A DNA stretch of 53,692 nucleotides from positions 1 to 53,692 of the forward strand of contig CANQKV010000002.1 in NCBI GenBank assembly GCA_947624545.1, in the 5' to 3' direction. The notes beneath the pieces were generated by a model. It made no database searches, was not told the DNA's origin, and saw nothing but the letters and a program-made list of their open reading frames with translations. A program made the translations under genes and the position numbers. This stretch comes from an uncultured Alphaproteobacteria bacterium (GTDB lineage Bacteria > Pseudomonadota > Alphaproteobacteria > CAAHEQ01 > UBA3637). Shown here one piece after another: positions 34,509-47,339 of the stretch (positions are counted from its first letter, which is position 1; each line of letters starts with the position of its first letter).

Positions 34509-37217
34509 TTAATCATTTGCCGCATTCATAATTTGCTCTTGCTTTTGATGAATACTTTCGGGTACATTTTCAATCGGTGTTGTCGTTAACAATTTTTTCG
34601 GTTCGATTAAAAGTGTTTCTTTATAAACGGTTTTAACCTGTGCGGGCATAATGCGTCCGTCAAAGTTAATATAAGCATCTAAACTTGTCGGATTAACCTG
34701 CGATAATAAAATGCTTCCCGATTTCACGACATACTGCGATGAGGTGTTAAACAAGGCGTTCTTGATTTGCTCGTTTGCGCCTGTATATTCGATTGACGCA
34801 TTTGTCAGCTTAATTTCGCTGTTGTTTAAGTTCATCATACTTTGACGAAATTCAATCGGCAATGTTAATGAGGCGCTGCCCGAAAGCGTCATATCGGGAA
34901 CGTTCCAATGAGAATTAAATGCCGATAAGTCAATTTCCGAATTCTTTAAATAAATAAGTGTGCTGTTCGAGCGATAGGGTAACAACATATTTTCGGCATG
35001 CAACGGAATACCGCCCGATTGAACATTCAGCGAGTTTAATCGGGTCATTTGATTGTCAAACTTTAAAACGGCATGAATGTTTTGCAACGGAATGAGATTA
35101 TTGACGACTTCACCGACAAACAATTCTTGATTCGCGGCACTGGTAAACGGCGCCAATGTTTGAACCATTAAAACGGTGTTTAAGTTTTGTATTTTCACGT
35201 TTGAGTAATCAAAGTTCATGTCAGCCAATGAAAGATAGAACGGTCCGGCAATTTGTTTTTCATTTTTCCAGTTGATTTTGCCGTACAGTGCTGCACTTCC
35301 CGTCACATTTTGTAATTCGGCGGGGAATAAGTTTGAAAGAGTGTTCAATGCCGGCATGCCTTCTTTTAATTGGAATGATTTAACGGCAAAAGTGCCTTGG
35401 AAAGTGCCGTTCAGTAAGTTGGCGGTACCGTTAAAACGAGATTGAACGGTGTTATTTAGCAACGAAACATCGGCATTGATAAGACCGTTTCGACGGGTGG
35501 CATTAACGCCAATCGGCGTTTTTAAAATACGACTGTTTTTAAAGAACACTTCTTTGGCGGTTAATTGAAAATCGGGCGTTTCCTGCCATATGTCGTTCAA
35601 GGAAACGGTACCGTCATTTACTTTAATATCCGCCGATTCGTAAGAAGCACCGTTTACATTAACGCGCATTTGCTCGGCTTTTGTTTTTTCACCCAGTTTG
35701 CCCGACACGCTGACATTTTTTGCCGAAAGTTTTAAATCGGATGTGGCGGTGTTTCTGTAACCGTTGAAAACAAAGTTGCTTACGGATAAATCCACTGTGC
35801 CGACCTTGCCGTTTAAAATTAAGTTCGGGCGATTGTTGGCGTTAATCGTAAAGCTGACGGGCATATTTGAAACATAGGTGTTTCCCTGATAATTTGTTTT
35901 TAAAGATTGAATGTTAACGGCAATGTTTTTATCTGCCTGATAGGAACAAATAAAATCTTTGCAAAGTAACTTTCCGTTCAAAACACCGCCGGCTTGCGAT
36001 AAAGTTAAATCGGACATACTGAGGGCTTGTAAATTAAAGCGAATCGGTTTATTGCTTTCGATCAGTGACAGATTTTTAATGTTGATACCGTCAAAAACAA
36101 GGCTTAATTCTGTTTTTGTTTCATCGGTTTTATTCTGCACTTCCTGATTGAGGAAAGACAAATTAACGGTGCCTTTCAGTAATCCCTGTGCCTCATTTAA
36201 GTTTAATTTTATATTTTTTTTGTTTTTGCCGTAAACCAGTTCGATATTACCGTTTAAAGAGGAAAGTTTATAATTGGTTGTTTTTAACTTGAATTGTCCC
36301 GAAATATTTTCCGGCTGTTGATTGGGGAATGATAAATTGCCGGATAAAATATCCAACCCCCAATCCAACGAATCGCCCGATCCGCTGATGGATAACATAC
36401 CCGAAACATTCATGTAAGATTGTTTAATTGTTAAAGGAATGCTGATAGAAGTACCGTGTTCGTAAAAACCCGTCATTGAAAATTGAATGGGCAGAGTGTA
36501 TTTTGCTCCTTTTATAACGACAGTTGCGTTGGTAATGGAAACAGAACCGATTTGATGCCCGTTTTGAACGGCTTGATTCAGCTTCACCAATAATTCCGCC
36601 AGATAACCCATTTCAAACGTTTCGTTTGTTTCTTGAATGGTAATGTTGACGCCGTCTAACGAAACCGATTTAATGCGCTTGTTTAAAAAATCGGAAAAGT
36701 CGGAACGAATAGTCATTTTATCAATCGAATAGGCATTTTTTGCATCTTTTAAATCTGTCAGTACAATGCGGGATAACGTGTATTCATGCAAATTCCAATC
36801 CGATAAGTTAATATGATGTGTTTCAAAAAAGTTTTGAATATATGTCGGATAATTTTTATAAGCATATCCCAAAATAAGTAAGGAACACAAGCCGCCGATA
36901 TAAATCAGTCCGACAATAAGGCTCCATACCAATCGCATGACTTTCAAAACATGTGCGTATTTGTGTTGAGCGGTATCGGTAAACAAAGTAATGCGCATTA
37001 ATGCAACGGTAAACAACTTCGAAAACGAAATGGATTGTAATCGTTTTTGCTTTGTTTTCTTTTCATTTTCAACATCTTCCGCCGCAATTTGGCTTAACAA
37101 ATCATTTTTACGGGGATTTTGTTCTTTGGCTTCGTTTGCCAAAAAGGCTTCCAATTCATCCTCAATACCCGACATATTGGTGTTTTGCGTGTTTTCTGTG
37201 CTCATGTCATCCCTCAT
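34509..37217 (-). CDS. Large membrane-anchored, beta-rich envelope protein (possible AsmA/YdbH-like); function unknown
   Basis: The 902-aa ORF has an acidic cytoplasmic N-terminus and one TM ('VWSLIVGLIYIGGLCSLLILGYAY'). About 780 aa of N/S/T/G-rich alternating pattern follow, with no catalytic motif I recognise. Confidence 0.4.
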   Translation of the reverse strand: MRDDMSTENTQNTNMSGIEDELEAFLANEAKEQNPRKNDLLSQIAAEDVENEKKTKQKRLQSISFSKLFTVALMRITLFTDTAQHKYAHVLKVMRLVWSLIVGLIYIGGLCSLLILGYAYKNYPTYIQNFFETHHINLSDWNLHEYTLSRIVLTDLKDAKNAYSIDKMTIRSDFSDFLNKRIKSVSLDGVNITIQETNETFEMGYLAELLVKLNQAVQNGHQIGSVSITNATVVIKGAKYTLPIQFSMTGFYEHGTSISIPLTIKQSYMNVSGMLSISGSGDSLDWGLDILSGNLSFPNQQPENISGQFKLKTTNYKLSSLNGNIELVYGKNKKNIKLNLNEAQGLLKGTVNLSFLNQEVQNKTDETKTELSLVFDGINIKNLSLIESNKPIRFNLQALSMSDLTLSQAGGVLNGKLLCKDFICSYQADKNIAVNIQSLKTNYQGNTYVSNMPVSFTINANNRPNLILNGKVGTVDLSVSNFVFNGYRNTATSDLKLSAKNVSVSGKLGEKTKAEQMRVNVNGASYESADIKVNDGTVSLNDIWQETPDFQLTAKEVFFKNSRILKTPIGVNATRRNGLINADVSLLNNTVQSRFNGTANLLNGTFQGTFAVKSFQLKEGMPALNTLSNLFPAELQNVTGSAALYGKINWKNEKQIAGPFYLSLADMNFDYSNVKIQNLNTVLMVQTLAPFTSAANQELFVGEVVNNLIPLQNIHAVLKFDNQMTRLNSLNVQSGGIPLHAENMLLPYRSNSTLIYLKNSEIDLSAFNSHWNVPDMTLSGSASLTLPIEFRQSMMNLNNSEIKLTNASIEYTGANEQIKNALFNTSSQYVVKSGSILLSQVNPTSLDAYINFDGRIMPAQVKTVYKETLLIEPKKLLTTTPIENVPESIHQKQEQIMNAAND

Positions 37218-37256
37218 AAAAAAAAGAATTCATAATTTATTCTAACGACTTTTTTT

Positions 37257-40999
<3,743 letters not shown>

Positions 41000-41016
41000 A
41001 GATTTTTAAACAACCT

Positions 41017-41775
41017 TTATTCAGACTTGAATTTTCGGATAAGATCGGCAGCTTTTTGTGTCCAGCTGTCCGACGGATAATATTGATGCAACAGTTGTTC
41101 CGTTTGTGCGGCTTGATGTGCCATTCCCAATGCCGTATAGCAGGCAACCAACCGATAAAGCGCTTCGGGCGTTTGGTTTGTTTGCGGATGCTCTAACAGC
41201 ACCGTTTGAAAACGATTCATGGCGGGAATATATTCCCGTTGCTTTAAATAATACCGTCCGACAGACATTTCCTTGCCGGCAAGATGCGCTTCCAACTCCT
41301 GCAATTTTTTGTTGATGTCGGCCGTATAAACGGAATTCGGATAGCGTGATAAGATTTCTTTGAAAGTGGATAAAGCTTCTTCCGTCATTTTTTGTTCGCG
41401 CGATATATCGGAAACTTGTTCATAATAGCAAAGCCCTTTCAAATAATAGGCATAAACAATGTTGCGATTGCCCGGGTGCAGTTGAATAAACCGATCCAAC
41501 GTTAAAATGGCATCATCATACTTGTTTTCGGAATAAAAAGCATAGGCTGCCATAATTTGCGCCCGCGGCGCCCAAACGGAATAGGGGTGTTGCCGATCGA
41601 TTTCATCGAAATAACGCGCCGATTCGGCATAATCTTTTTCTTTAAAATAATTAAAACCCTGCATATAAAGCTGTTCGACGGGTTGATCGGGAATGGTATC
41701 ATCATCGGCGGCACAGGCGCTGACAAGTAATCCGATTAAGCAAACGAATAAATATTGTTGAAGCTGATGTTTCAT
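41017..41775 (-). CDS. bamD: Outer membrane protein assembly factor BamD (lipoprotein, TPR)
   Basis: It has the lipobox 'LLVSAC' and TPR-like repeats ('AQIMAAYAFYSENKYDDAILTLDRFIQLHPGN'). The bamD-recN-ligA neighbourhood is conserved. Confidence 0.85.
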   Translation of the reverse strand: MKHQLQQYLFVCLIGLLVSACAADDDTIPDQPVEQLYMQGFNYFKEKDYAESARYFDEIDRQHPYSVWAPRAQIMAAYAFYSENKYDDAILTLDRFIQLHPGNRNIVYAYYLKGLCYYEQVSDISREQKMTEEALSTFKEILSRYPNSVYTADINKKLQELEAHLAGKEMSVGRYYLKQREYIPAMNRFQTVLLEHPQTNQTPEALYRLVACYTALGMAHQAAQTEQLLHQYYPSDSWTQKAADLIRKFKSE

Positions 41776-41915
41776 TTTTTCCTCATTTTGATTGTAATTA
41801 ATTCTATCCTAACAAAAAACAAAATTTTATTCAAGTATTATATTTTAAATAATCGTTTTTTATATCAAAAGTAAAGAAGAAAAAGAAAGTTTTTACAAAT
41901 AGAGACTTTTTTCGG

Positions 41916-41944
41916 TTGACATTTTAATCAGGTGTTTTTAAAAT
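41916..41944 (+). promoter_or_regulatory. Sigma-70-type promoter for the PEPCK gene
   Basis: TTGACA (41916-41921), a 17-nt spacer and TAAAAT (41939-41944) lie 33 nt upstream of ATG 41977. The SD 'gggagg' lies between them. Confidence 0.5.
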
Positions 41945-41976
41945 AAAAGCAGGTTTTATGAAAGGGAGGTCTTAAA

Positions 41977-43791
41977 ATGACACAAAAAATACCGACAACA
42001 AATACAAAAGTAATCGATTGGGTCAATGAAATTGCCGATTTAACCGAACCGGAAGCCGTTTATTGGTGTGACGGCAGCGAAGCGGAAATTCGGGCAATTA
42101 ACGATTTATTGGTTGAAAATAAAACGTTTATTCCTTTAAATCCCAAAAAACGCCCGAATAGTTTTTTGGCGCGTTCCAATCCGAAAGACGTTGCCCGCGT
42201 TGAAGCGCGTACGTTTATCTGCTGCCGAAATAAAATTGATGCCGGTCCGACGAATAATTGGGCGGCGCCTGCTCAAATGAAGAAAAGGCTGCACAAATTA
42301 TTAAAAGGTTGTATGAAAGGACGAACCATGTATGTGATTCCGTTCTCCATGGGACCGTTAGGGTCGGATATTGCTCAAATCGGTATTGAAATTACCGATT
42401 CGCCTTATGTGGTCGCCAATATGCGCATTATGACGCGCATGGGCAAAAAGGTGTGGGGTGTGTTGAAAGACGGCGATTTCGTCAAATGCTTGCATTCGGT
42501 CGGCAGTCCGTTGAAAAAAGGACAAAAAGACGTGCCGTGGCCGTGTAATCCGGAAAACACATATATTACGCACTTTCCCGAAACACGCGAGATTATTTCA
42601 TTCGGCAGCGGTTACGGCGGAAACGCGTTGTTGGGCAAAAAATGTCTGGCTTTAAGAATTGCCAGCACCATGGCGCGCGATGAAGGATGGCTTGCCGAAC
42701 ATATGTTGATTGTCGGGCTTGAAAATAAAAAATTGCACATTAAAACATATGTCACGGCGGCGTTTCCGAGTGCTTGCGGTAAAACAAATCTTGCCATGCT
42801 CATTCCCCCGAAAGAATTATCGGATTGGAAAGTTTCAACCGTCGGCGATGATATTGCATGGCTGAAACCGAAAAACGGACGGCTGTATGCCATTAATCCC
42901 GAAGCGGGCTTTTTCGGTGTGGCGCCTGGGACATCGGCAAAAACAAACAGAAACGCCATCGAATCGTGTCGGGCAAATACCATTTTTACCAATGTGGCGT
43001 TAACCGATGACGGTGATGTGTGGTGGGAAGGCTTAACCGATGAAGTTCCCGCTCATTTAATTGATTGGCAGGGAAATGATTGGACACCTCAAAGCCCAAC
43101 GCCGGCGGCGCATCCGAATTCACGCTTTACGGCGCCGGCTTCACAATGTCCGATTATCGACAAAGATTGGGAAAATCCGGCGGGTGTGCCGATTGATGCG
43201 TTTATTGTCGGCGGTCGATTGGCAACAAATGCGCCGTTGGTCTATCAATCGTTTAATTGGCAACACGGCGTTTATTTGGCAAGTACGATGGGTTCGGAAA
43301 AAACGGCAGCTGCCGAAGGTACGGCAGGCGAGATTCGGCGTGATCCAATGGCAATGCTTCCGTTCTGCGGTTACAATATGGGCGATTACTGGTCGCATTG
43401 GTTGAAATTGGGCGCGCGACTCGCACATAAACCGCTTGTTTTTCGTGTTAACTGGTTCCGAAAAGATGAGCAGGGTCATTTTATGTGGCCGGGATTCGGA
43501 CAAAATATGCGCGTTTTGGAATGGATTGTCAAACGCACGCAAGGGTTGGCAGGAGCAACGGAAACGGCTTTCGGCTATTCGCCCGCTTATCGGGATTTGA
43601 ATTGGAAAGGTTTGCAAATGAGTGAAGAGGCGTTCCGCGCTTTAATGCACATTGATGCCGAATTGGCATTGAAAGATGTTGAAGCACAAGCGCTGTATTA
43701 TGAGCCGTTCCAAAAAGAAAAACGTTTGTCGGCGGCATTGGTTTCCGAATTGACTTTACTCAAATCACGCTTAACGCTTATTCGTTCATAA
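41977..43791 (+). CDS. pckG: Phosphoenolpyruvate carboxykinase (GTP)
   Basis: The 604-aa ORF has the kinase-1a '[13 protein letters not shown]', plus 'GDDIAWL' and 'FGVAPGTS'. These are GTP-type PEPCK blocks. Confidence 0.93.
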   Translation: MTQKIPTTNTKVIDWVNEIADLTEPEAVYWCDGSEAEIRAINDLLVENKTFIPLNPKKRPNSFLARSNPKDVARVEARTFICCRNKIDAGPTNNWAAPAQMKKRLHKLLKGCMKGRTMYVIPFSMGPLGSDIAQIGIEITDSPYVVANMRIMTRMGKKVWGVLKDGDFVKCLHSVGSPLKKGQKDVPWPCNPENTYITHFPETREIISFGSGYGGNALLGKKCLALRIASTMARDEGWLAEHMLIVGLENKKLHIKTYVTAAFPSACGKTNLAMLIPPKELSDWKVSTVGDDIAWLKPKNGRLYAINPEAGFFGVAPGTSAKTNRNAIESCRANTIFTNVALTDDGDVWWEGLTDEVPAHLIDWQGNDWTPQSPTPAAHPNSRFTAPASQCPIIDKDWENPAGVPIDAFIVGGRLATNAPLVYQSFNWQHGVYLASTMGSEKTAAAEGTAGEIRRDPMAMLPFCGYNMGDYWSHWLKLGARLAHKPLVFRVNWFRKDEQGHFMWPGFGQNMRVLEWIVKRTQGLAGATETAFGYSPAYRDLNWKGLQMSEEAFRALMHIDAELALKDVEAQALYYEPFQKEKRLSAALVSELTLLKSRLTLIRS

Positions 43792-43902
43792 GAATGGCAC
43801 GTTCTTTTTTGAACATATGTTGAAAAACAGGCGTTCGGCGGTTGTTAAAGAGGAAAGAAACATAAATCTTAACAAAAAATTAAAAAAAGTTACAAAAAGT
43901 GC

Positions 43903-43931
43903 TTGACAAATGTTTTAAAAAACTGTAACAT
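43903..43931 (+). promoter_or_regulatory. Sigma-70-type promoter upstream of tRNA-Trp/secE
   Basis: TTGACA (43903-43908), a 17-nt spacer and TAACAT (43926-43931) lie about 65 nt upstream of the tRNA. Confidence 0.45.
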
Positions 43932-43996
43932 TACCTGTCTTTTTTTATAAGGGCGTATCGTTTACGGTATTTCCGAAAGCGGTAGGCGTGCGAGAA

Positions 43997-44072
43997 AGGG
44001 GTGTAGCTCAACTGGTAGAGCGTCGGTCTCCAAAACCGAAGGTCGCGGGTTCGATCCCTGCCGCCCCTGCCA
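43997..44072 (+). tRNA. trnW: tRNA-Trp (anticodon CCA)
   Basis: Manual cloverleaf folding gives acceptor AGGGGTG/CGCCCCT, D arm GCTC-AACTGGTA-GAGC and anticodon arm TCGGT-CTCCAAA-ACCGA. The T arm is GCGGG-TTCGATC-CCTGC and the 3' end is an encoded GCCA. The total is 76 nt, and the position before secE-nusG is classic. Confidence 0.93.
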
Positions 44073-44092
44073 ATGGAAATAAAGAGGAGAAA

Positions 44093-44281
44093 ATGAAAAC
44101 AACACCGGCACAATTTGTTCGTCAAGTCAAACAGGAAGTTTCCAAAATCACATGGCCGACTCGACCGGCAGCAACGCAGGGAACAATCGTTGTGATATTG
44201 ATGAGTATTGCTTTGGCGGCGTTTTTGTTTGTTGTTGATATGTTTTTTGCCGGAATCATCCGTGTTGTGTTGGGAGGTTAA
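44093..44281 (+). CDS. secE: Preprotein translocase subunit SecE
   Basis: 'MKTTPAQFVRQVKQEVSKITWPTRPAATQGTIVVILMSIALAAFLFVVD' fits SecE. The SD 'gaggag' lies upstream of ATG 44093. The longer ORF-track version would overlap the tRNA. Confidence 0.88.
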   Translation: MKTTPAQFVRQVKQEVSKITWPTRPAATQGTIVVILMSIALAAFLFVVDMFFAGIIRVVLGG

Positions 44282-44284
44282 TGA

Positions 44285-44812
44285 ATGACCGTTCGTTGGT
44301 ATAGTGTTCATACGTATTCGGGTTTTGAAAATAAAATTGCGGCGTTTATTAAAGAGCAGGCAGAGAAAAAAGGGCTTGCCGCTTTAATTGAAGAAGTATT
44401 GGTGCCGACTGAAAATGTTATCAGCATTCGCAAAGGTGCCAAAGTGGAAAAAGAGTGTAAACTTTTCCCGGGATATGTGCTTGTTAAAATGGAAATGACG
44501 CCTGAAACATGGCATTTGGTCAGCAGTACGCCGAAAGTGACGGGTTTCTTGGGCGGTAAAAAGCCCGTACCGATGACGCAGGCGGAAGCCGATCGGATTT
44601 TGCAACAAGTTAAAGAAGGTGTTGAAAGACCGAAATCGACCATTGTTTACGAAACGGGCGAACAAATTGTTGTCTGTGACGGACCGTTTGCTTCTTTTAC
44701 GGGTATTGTGGAAGATGTGGATGCCGAAAAAGAGCGCTTAAAAGTGTCTGTTTCCATTTTCGGACGTCAAACACCGTTAGAGTTAAATTACACGCAGGTG
44801 AAAAAAGCATAG
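44285..44812 (+). CDS. nusG: Transcription termination/antitermination factor NusG
   Basis: 'RWYSVHTYSGFENK' marks the NGN domain and 'GEQIVVCDGPFASFTGIVEDVD' the KOW domain. Confidence 0.95.
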   Translation: MTVRWYSVHTYSGFENKIAAFIKEQAEKKGLAALIEEVLVPTENVISIRKGAKVEKECKLFPGYVLVKMEMTPETWHLVSSTPKVTGFLGGKKPVPMTQAEADRILQQVKEGVERPKSTIVYETGEQIVVCDGPFASFTGIVEDVDAEKERLKVSVSIFGRQTPLELNYTQVKKA

Positions 44813-44936
44813 CGTGTTAAAAAAGTTTTAAAGGGAATAAAAACAATCCGTATTTCCTTTACTTGTGGCAGATAAGCCATTATCGAACCACAAACTTCAA
44901 AAAAATGGATTGGAAAATATTTTGAGGAGTCAAAAA

Positions 44937-45365
44937 ATGGCAAAAAAAGTAATCGGCTTTATCAAACTTCAAATTGAAGCAGGTAAAGCAAACCCGTCGC
45001 CTCCGGTCGGACCGGCCTTGGGTCAGCGGGGTTTGAATATTATGGAATTCTGTAAAGCATTTAATGCAAAAACGCAAAAAATGGAACCAGGCGCCCCGAT
45101 TCCCGTTATTATTACGGCTTATGCCGATCGGACATTTTCATTCGTGACAAAATTACCGCCGGTCAGCTATTTAATTAAAAAAGCCGCAAACGTGAAAAGC
45201 GCTTCCAAAGAACCGGGTCGTAAAAAAGTGGCAAAAATCACCAAAGAACAAGTGAAAGCCATTGCAACGGAAAAAATGCCCGATTTAAACTGTCATACGG
45301 TTGAAGCGGCAATGGAAATGGTCGCCGGACAAGCGCGCTCAATGGGAATCGAAGTTACGGAGTAA
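44937..45365 (+). CDS. rplK: 50S ribosomal protein L11
   Basis: '[43 protein letters not shown]' fits L11. The SD 'gaggag' precedes ATG 44937. Confidence 0.95.
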   Translation: MAKKVIGFIKLQIEAGKANPSPPVGPALGQRGLNIMEFCKAFNAKTQKMEPGAPIPVIITAYADRTFSFVTKLPPVSYLIKKAANVKSASKEPGRKKVAKITKEQVKAIATEKMPDLNCHTVEAAMEMVAGQARSMGIEVTE

Positions 45366-45369
45366 GAAC

Positions 45370-46059
45370 ATGAAATACGGAAAAAGATTAAAACAAGCTT
45401 ACGAAACCGTTGATAAGAGCAAAGTCTATGACATTGATGAAGCGGTTAAACTGATTAAAGAAAATGCAAAGGCAAAGTTTGATGAAACGGTTGATATTGC
45501 CGTTTCGTTGGGCGTTGATCCGCGTCAATCCGATCAAATGGTGCGCGGTGCCGTTTCTTTGCCGGCCGGAACCGGTAAAACATTAACGGTTGCCGTGTTT
45601 GCCAAAGGGCCGAAAGCCGAAGAAGCCAAAAAAGCCGGTGCCGATATTGTGGGCGATGAAGATTTGATGAACGATATTTTAGGCGGTAAAATCAACTTCC
45701 AGCGCTTAATTGCCACACCGGATATGATGGGTATTGTCGGTCGTTTGGGTAAAGTTTTGGGTCCGAAAGGCTTAATGCCGAATCCGAAGCTTGGAACGGT
45801 AACCATGGATGTGGCGGAAGCGGTTAAAGCTTCCAAAGCCGGACAGGTTCAATTCCGTGTCGATGCGGCGGGCATTGTTCATGCCGGTATCGGTAAGGCA
45901 AGCTTTGAGGCTGATAAAATCAAAGAAAACGCGATTGCTTTTGTGAAGGCGTTGACGGCTTTAAAACCGGCTTCTTCCAAAGGCGTTTATTTGAAACAGG
46001 TTGCTTTAAGCACAACACAAGGTGTGGGTGTGAAAGTCAGTATTTCAAGTATTGCGTAA
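45370..46059 (+). CDS. rplA: 50S ribosomal protein L1
   Basis: '[60 protein letters not shown]' fits L1. The start at 45370 comes just after the rplK stop. Confidence 0.95.
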   Translation: MKYGKRLKQAYETVDKSKVYDIDEAVKLIKENAKAKFDETVDIAVSLGVDPRQSDQMVRGAVSLPAGTGKTLTVAVFAKGPKAEEAKKAGADIVGDEDLMNDILGGKINFQRLIATPDMMGIVGRLGKVLGPKGLMPNPKLGTVTMDVAEAVKASKAGQVQFRVDAAGIVHAGIGKASFEADKIKENAIAFVKALTALKPASSKGVYLKQVALSTTQGVGVKVSISSIA

Positions 46060-46310
46060 AAGAGTTTGTTTGCCCTTTCGGAAAAAACTTTTCAAGAGGG
46101 CAAATACCTGTCCAAGACTGTCGGTGCTTATCATGGGATAAGATTTAAGGGAAAGCATTCCGCCGGCAATAGACAGAAAACAGATCGGTTGTCCATAAGG
46201 AAAAAAGATGTTGTTTCTGGACAGGAAAAAGGGAAGTTTCTTAAAAAAAAGAAACTTTGAGTAGAAAACCAAAAACGGGAAACCGTTTTTAAAGTAGCGG
46301 AGACAAAATC
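46060..46310 (+). promoter_or_regulatory. 251-nt structured rplA-rplJ intergenic region; candidate L10 (rplJ) leader
   Basis: Several stems are visible: tttgccct/agggcaaa, agtttct/agaaact, and aaaaacgg-gaaa-ccgttttt. The position corresponds to the autoregulatory L10 leader known in other bacteria. I did not verify the fold. Confidence 0.35.
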
Positions 46311-46799
46311 GTGAAACGTGAAGAAAAACAACAAGTGATTTCCGAAATGAAAGACGTTTTCAATAAGTCTGCTTTGGTTGTTGTTGCCTTAAACAACGGT
46401 ATTACAATGACTGAAACAACAGAGTTACGCAGAAATGTCCGTCAGGACGGAGCCGGATATCGTGTCGTTAAAAACCGTTTGGCAAAATTGGCTCTCGCCG
46501 GAACGCCTTGTGAGGCTATGACCGAATTATTGGTCGGTCCGACGGCTTTGGCATATTCAGAAGATGAAATTGCTGCTGCCAGAGCTGTTTGCAAGTTAGC
46601 CAAGGCAAGTGAAAAGTTTGAAATTGCGGGCGGTATCATGAACGGAAAGCTCATTGATGCCAAAACAGTTCAAGCGTTGGCTTCCATGCCGTCGTTGGAC
46701 GAATTGCGCGGCAAACTGATCGGCTTGTTACAAGCGCCGGCAGGACAATTAGCTCGGGTTGCAAAAGCTTATTCCGAAAAGGAACAGGCTGCGGCATAA
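46311..46799 (+). CDS. rplJ: 50S ribosomal protein L10 (GTG start)
   Basis: 'VVALNNGITMTETTELRRNVRQDGAGYRVVKNRLAKLAL' fits L10. The gene is followed by rplL. Confidence 0.93.
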   Translation: MKREEKQQVISEMKDVFNKSALVVVALNNGITMTETTELRRNVRQDGAGYRVVKNRLAKLALAGTPCEAMTELLVGPTALAYSEDEIAAARAVCKLAKASEKFEIAGGIMNGKLIDAKTVQALASMPSLDELRGKLIGLLQAPAGQLARVAKAYSEKEQAAA

Positions 46800-46841
46800 A
46801 TTTTTTGAATTAAAACTTTATTATTAATTATGGAGAACAAA

Positions 46842-47210
46842 ATGACAGATTTAAATAAAATTGTTGATGAATTGTCTGCTTTGACAGTGATGGAAGCTGC
46901 CGAGTTGGCTAAAATGTTGGAAGAAAAATGGGGCGTTTCTGCTGCCGCTCCGGTTGCGGTTGCTGCTGCCGGTGCCGGTGCTGCCGCTGCCGAAGAAAAA
47001 ACAGAATTTGATGTGATTCTGGTTGAAGGCGGCGCAAATAAAATCAACGCCATTAAAGAAGTTCGTACAATCACAGGCTTGGGCTTGAAAGAAGCCAAAG
47101 ATTTGGTTGAAGGAGCTCCGAAAGAAATAAAGAAAGGCGTCAGCAAAGAAGAAGCCGAAAAAATTAAGAAGCAATTAGAAGCTGCCGGCGCCAAAGTTGA
47201 ATTGAAATAA
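46842..47210 (+). CDS. rplL: 50S ribosomal protein L7/L12
   Basis: '[40 protein letters not shown]' is followed by an Ala-rich hinge and '[23 protein letters not shown]'. The SD 'ggaga' lies 7 nt before ATG 46842. Confidence 0.95.
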   Translation: MTDLNKIVDELSALTVMEAAELAKMLEEKWGVSAAAPVAVAAAGAGAAAAEEKTEFDVILVEGGANKINAIKEVRTITGLGLKEAKDLVEGAPKEIKKGVSKEEAEKIKKQLEAAGAKVELK

Positions 47211-47290
47211 TTTTTCGGTTCAATACTGTTCAATGGGTCGCATCAATTTCAGTTAAAATTGGTGTCGACCCTATTGAAGTCAAATAAGGG

Positions 47291-47326
47291 TTCCGGTTCC
47301 TTTTAACCGGAAGAGTTTTATTTTTT
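47291..47326 (+). terminator. rplL-rpoB intergenic attenuator/terminator hairpin
   Basis: ttccggtt (47291-47298), the loop cctttt and aaccggaa (47305-47312) are followed by gagttttatttttt. A partial terminator at this position is well known in the rplJL-rpoBC operon. Confidence 0.55.
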
Positions 47327-47339
47327 ATGGGGATAACAA

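Noticed and set aside
43988-44092. N-terminal extension of the secE ORF (ORF track 43988-44281), and the antisense ORF 43931-44311.
   Set aside because: The extension is the translated tRNA-Trp gene ('GVAQLVERRSPKPKVAGSIP' is the tRNA sequence read as protein). The real secE start with an SD is at 44093.
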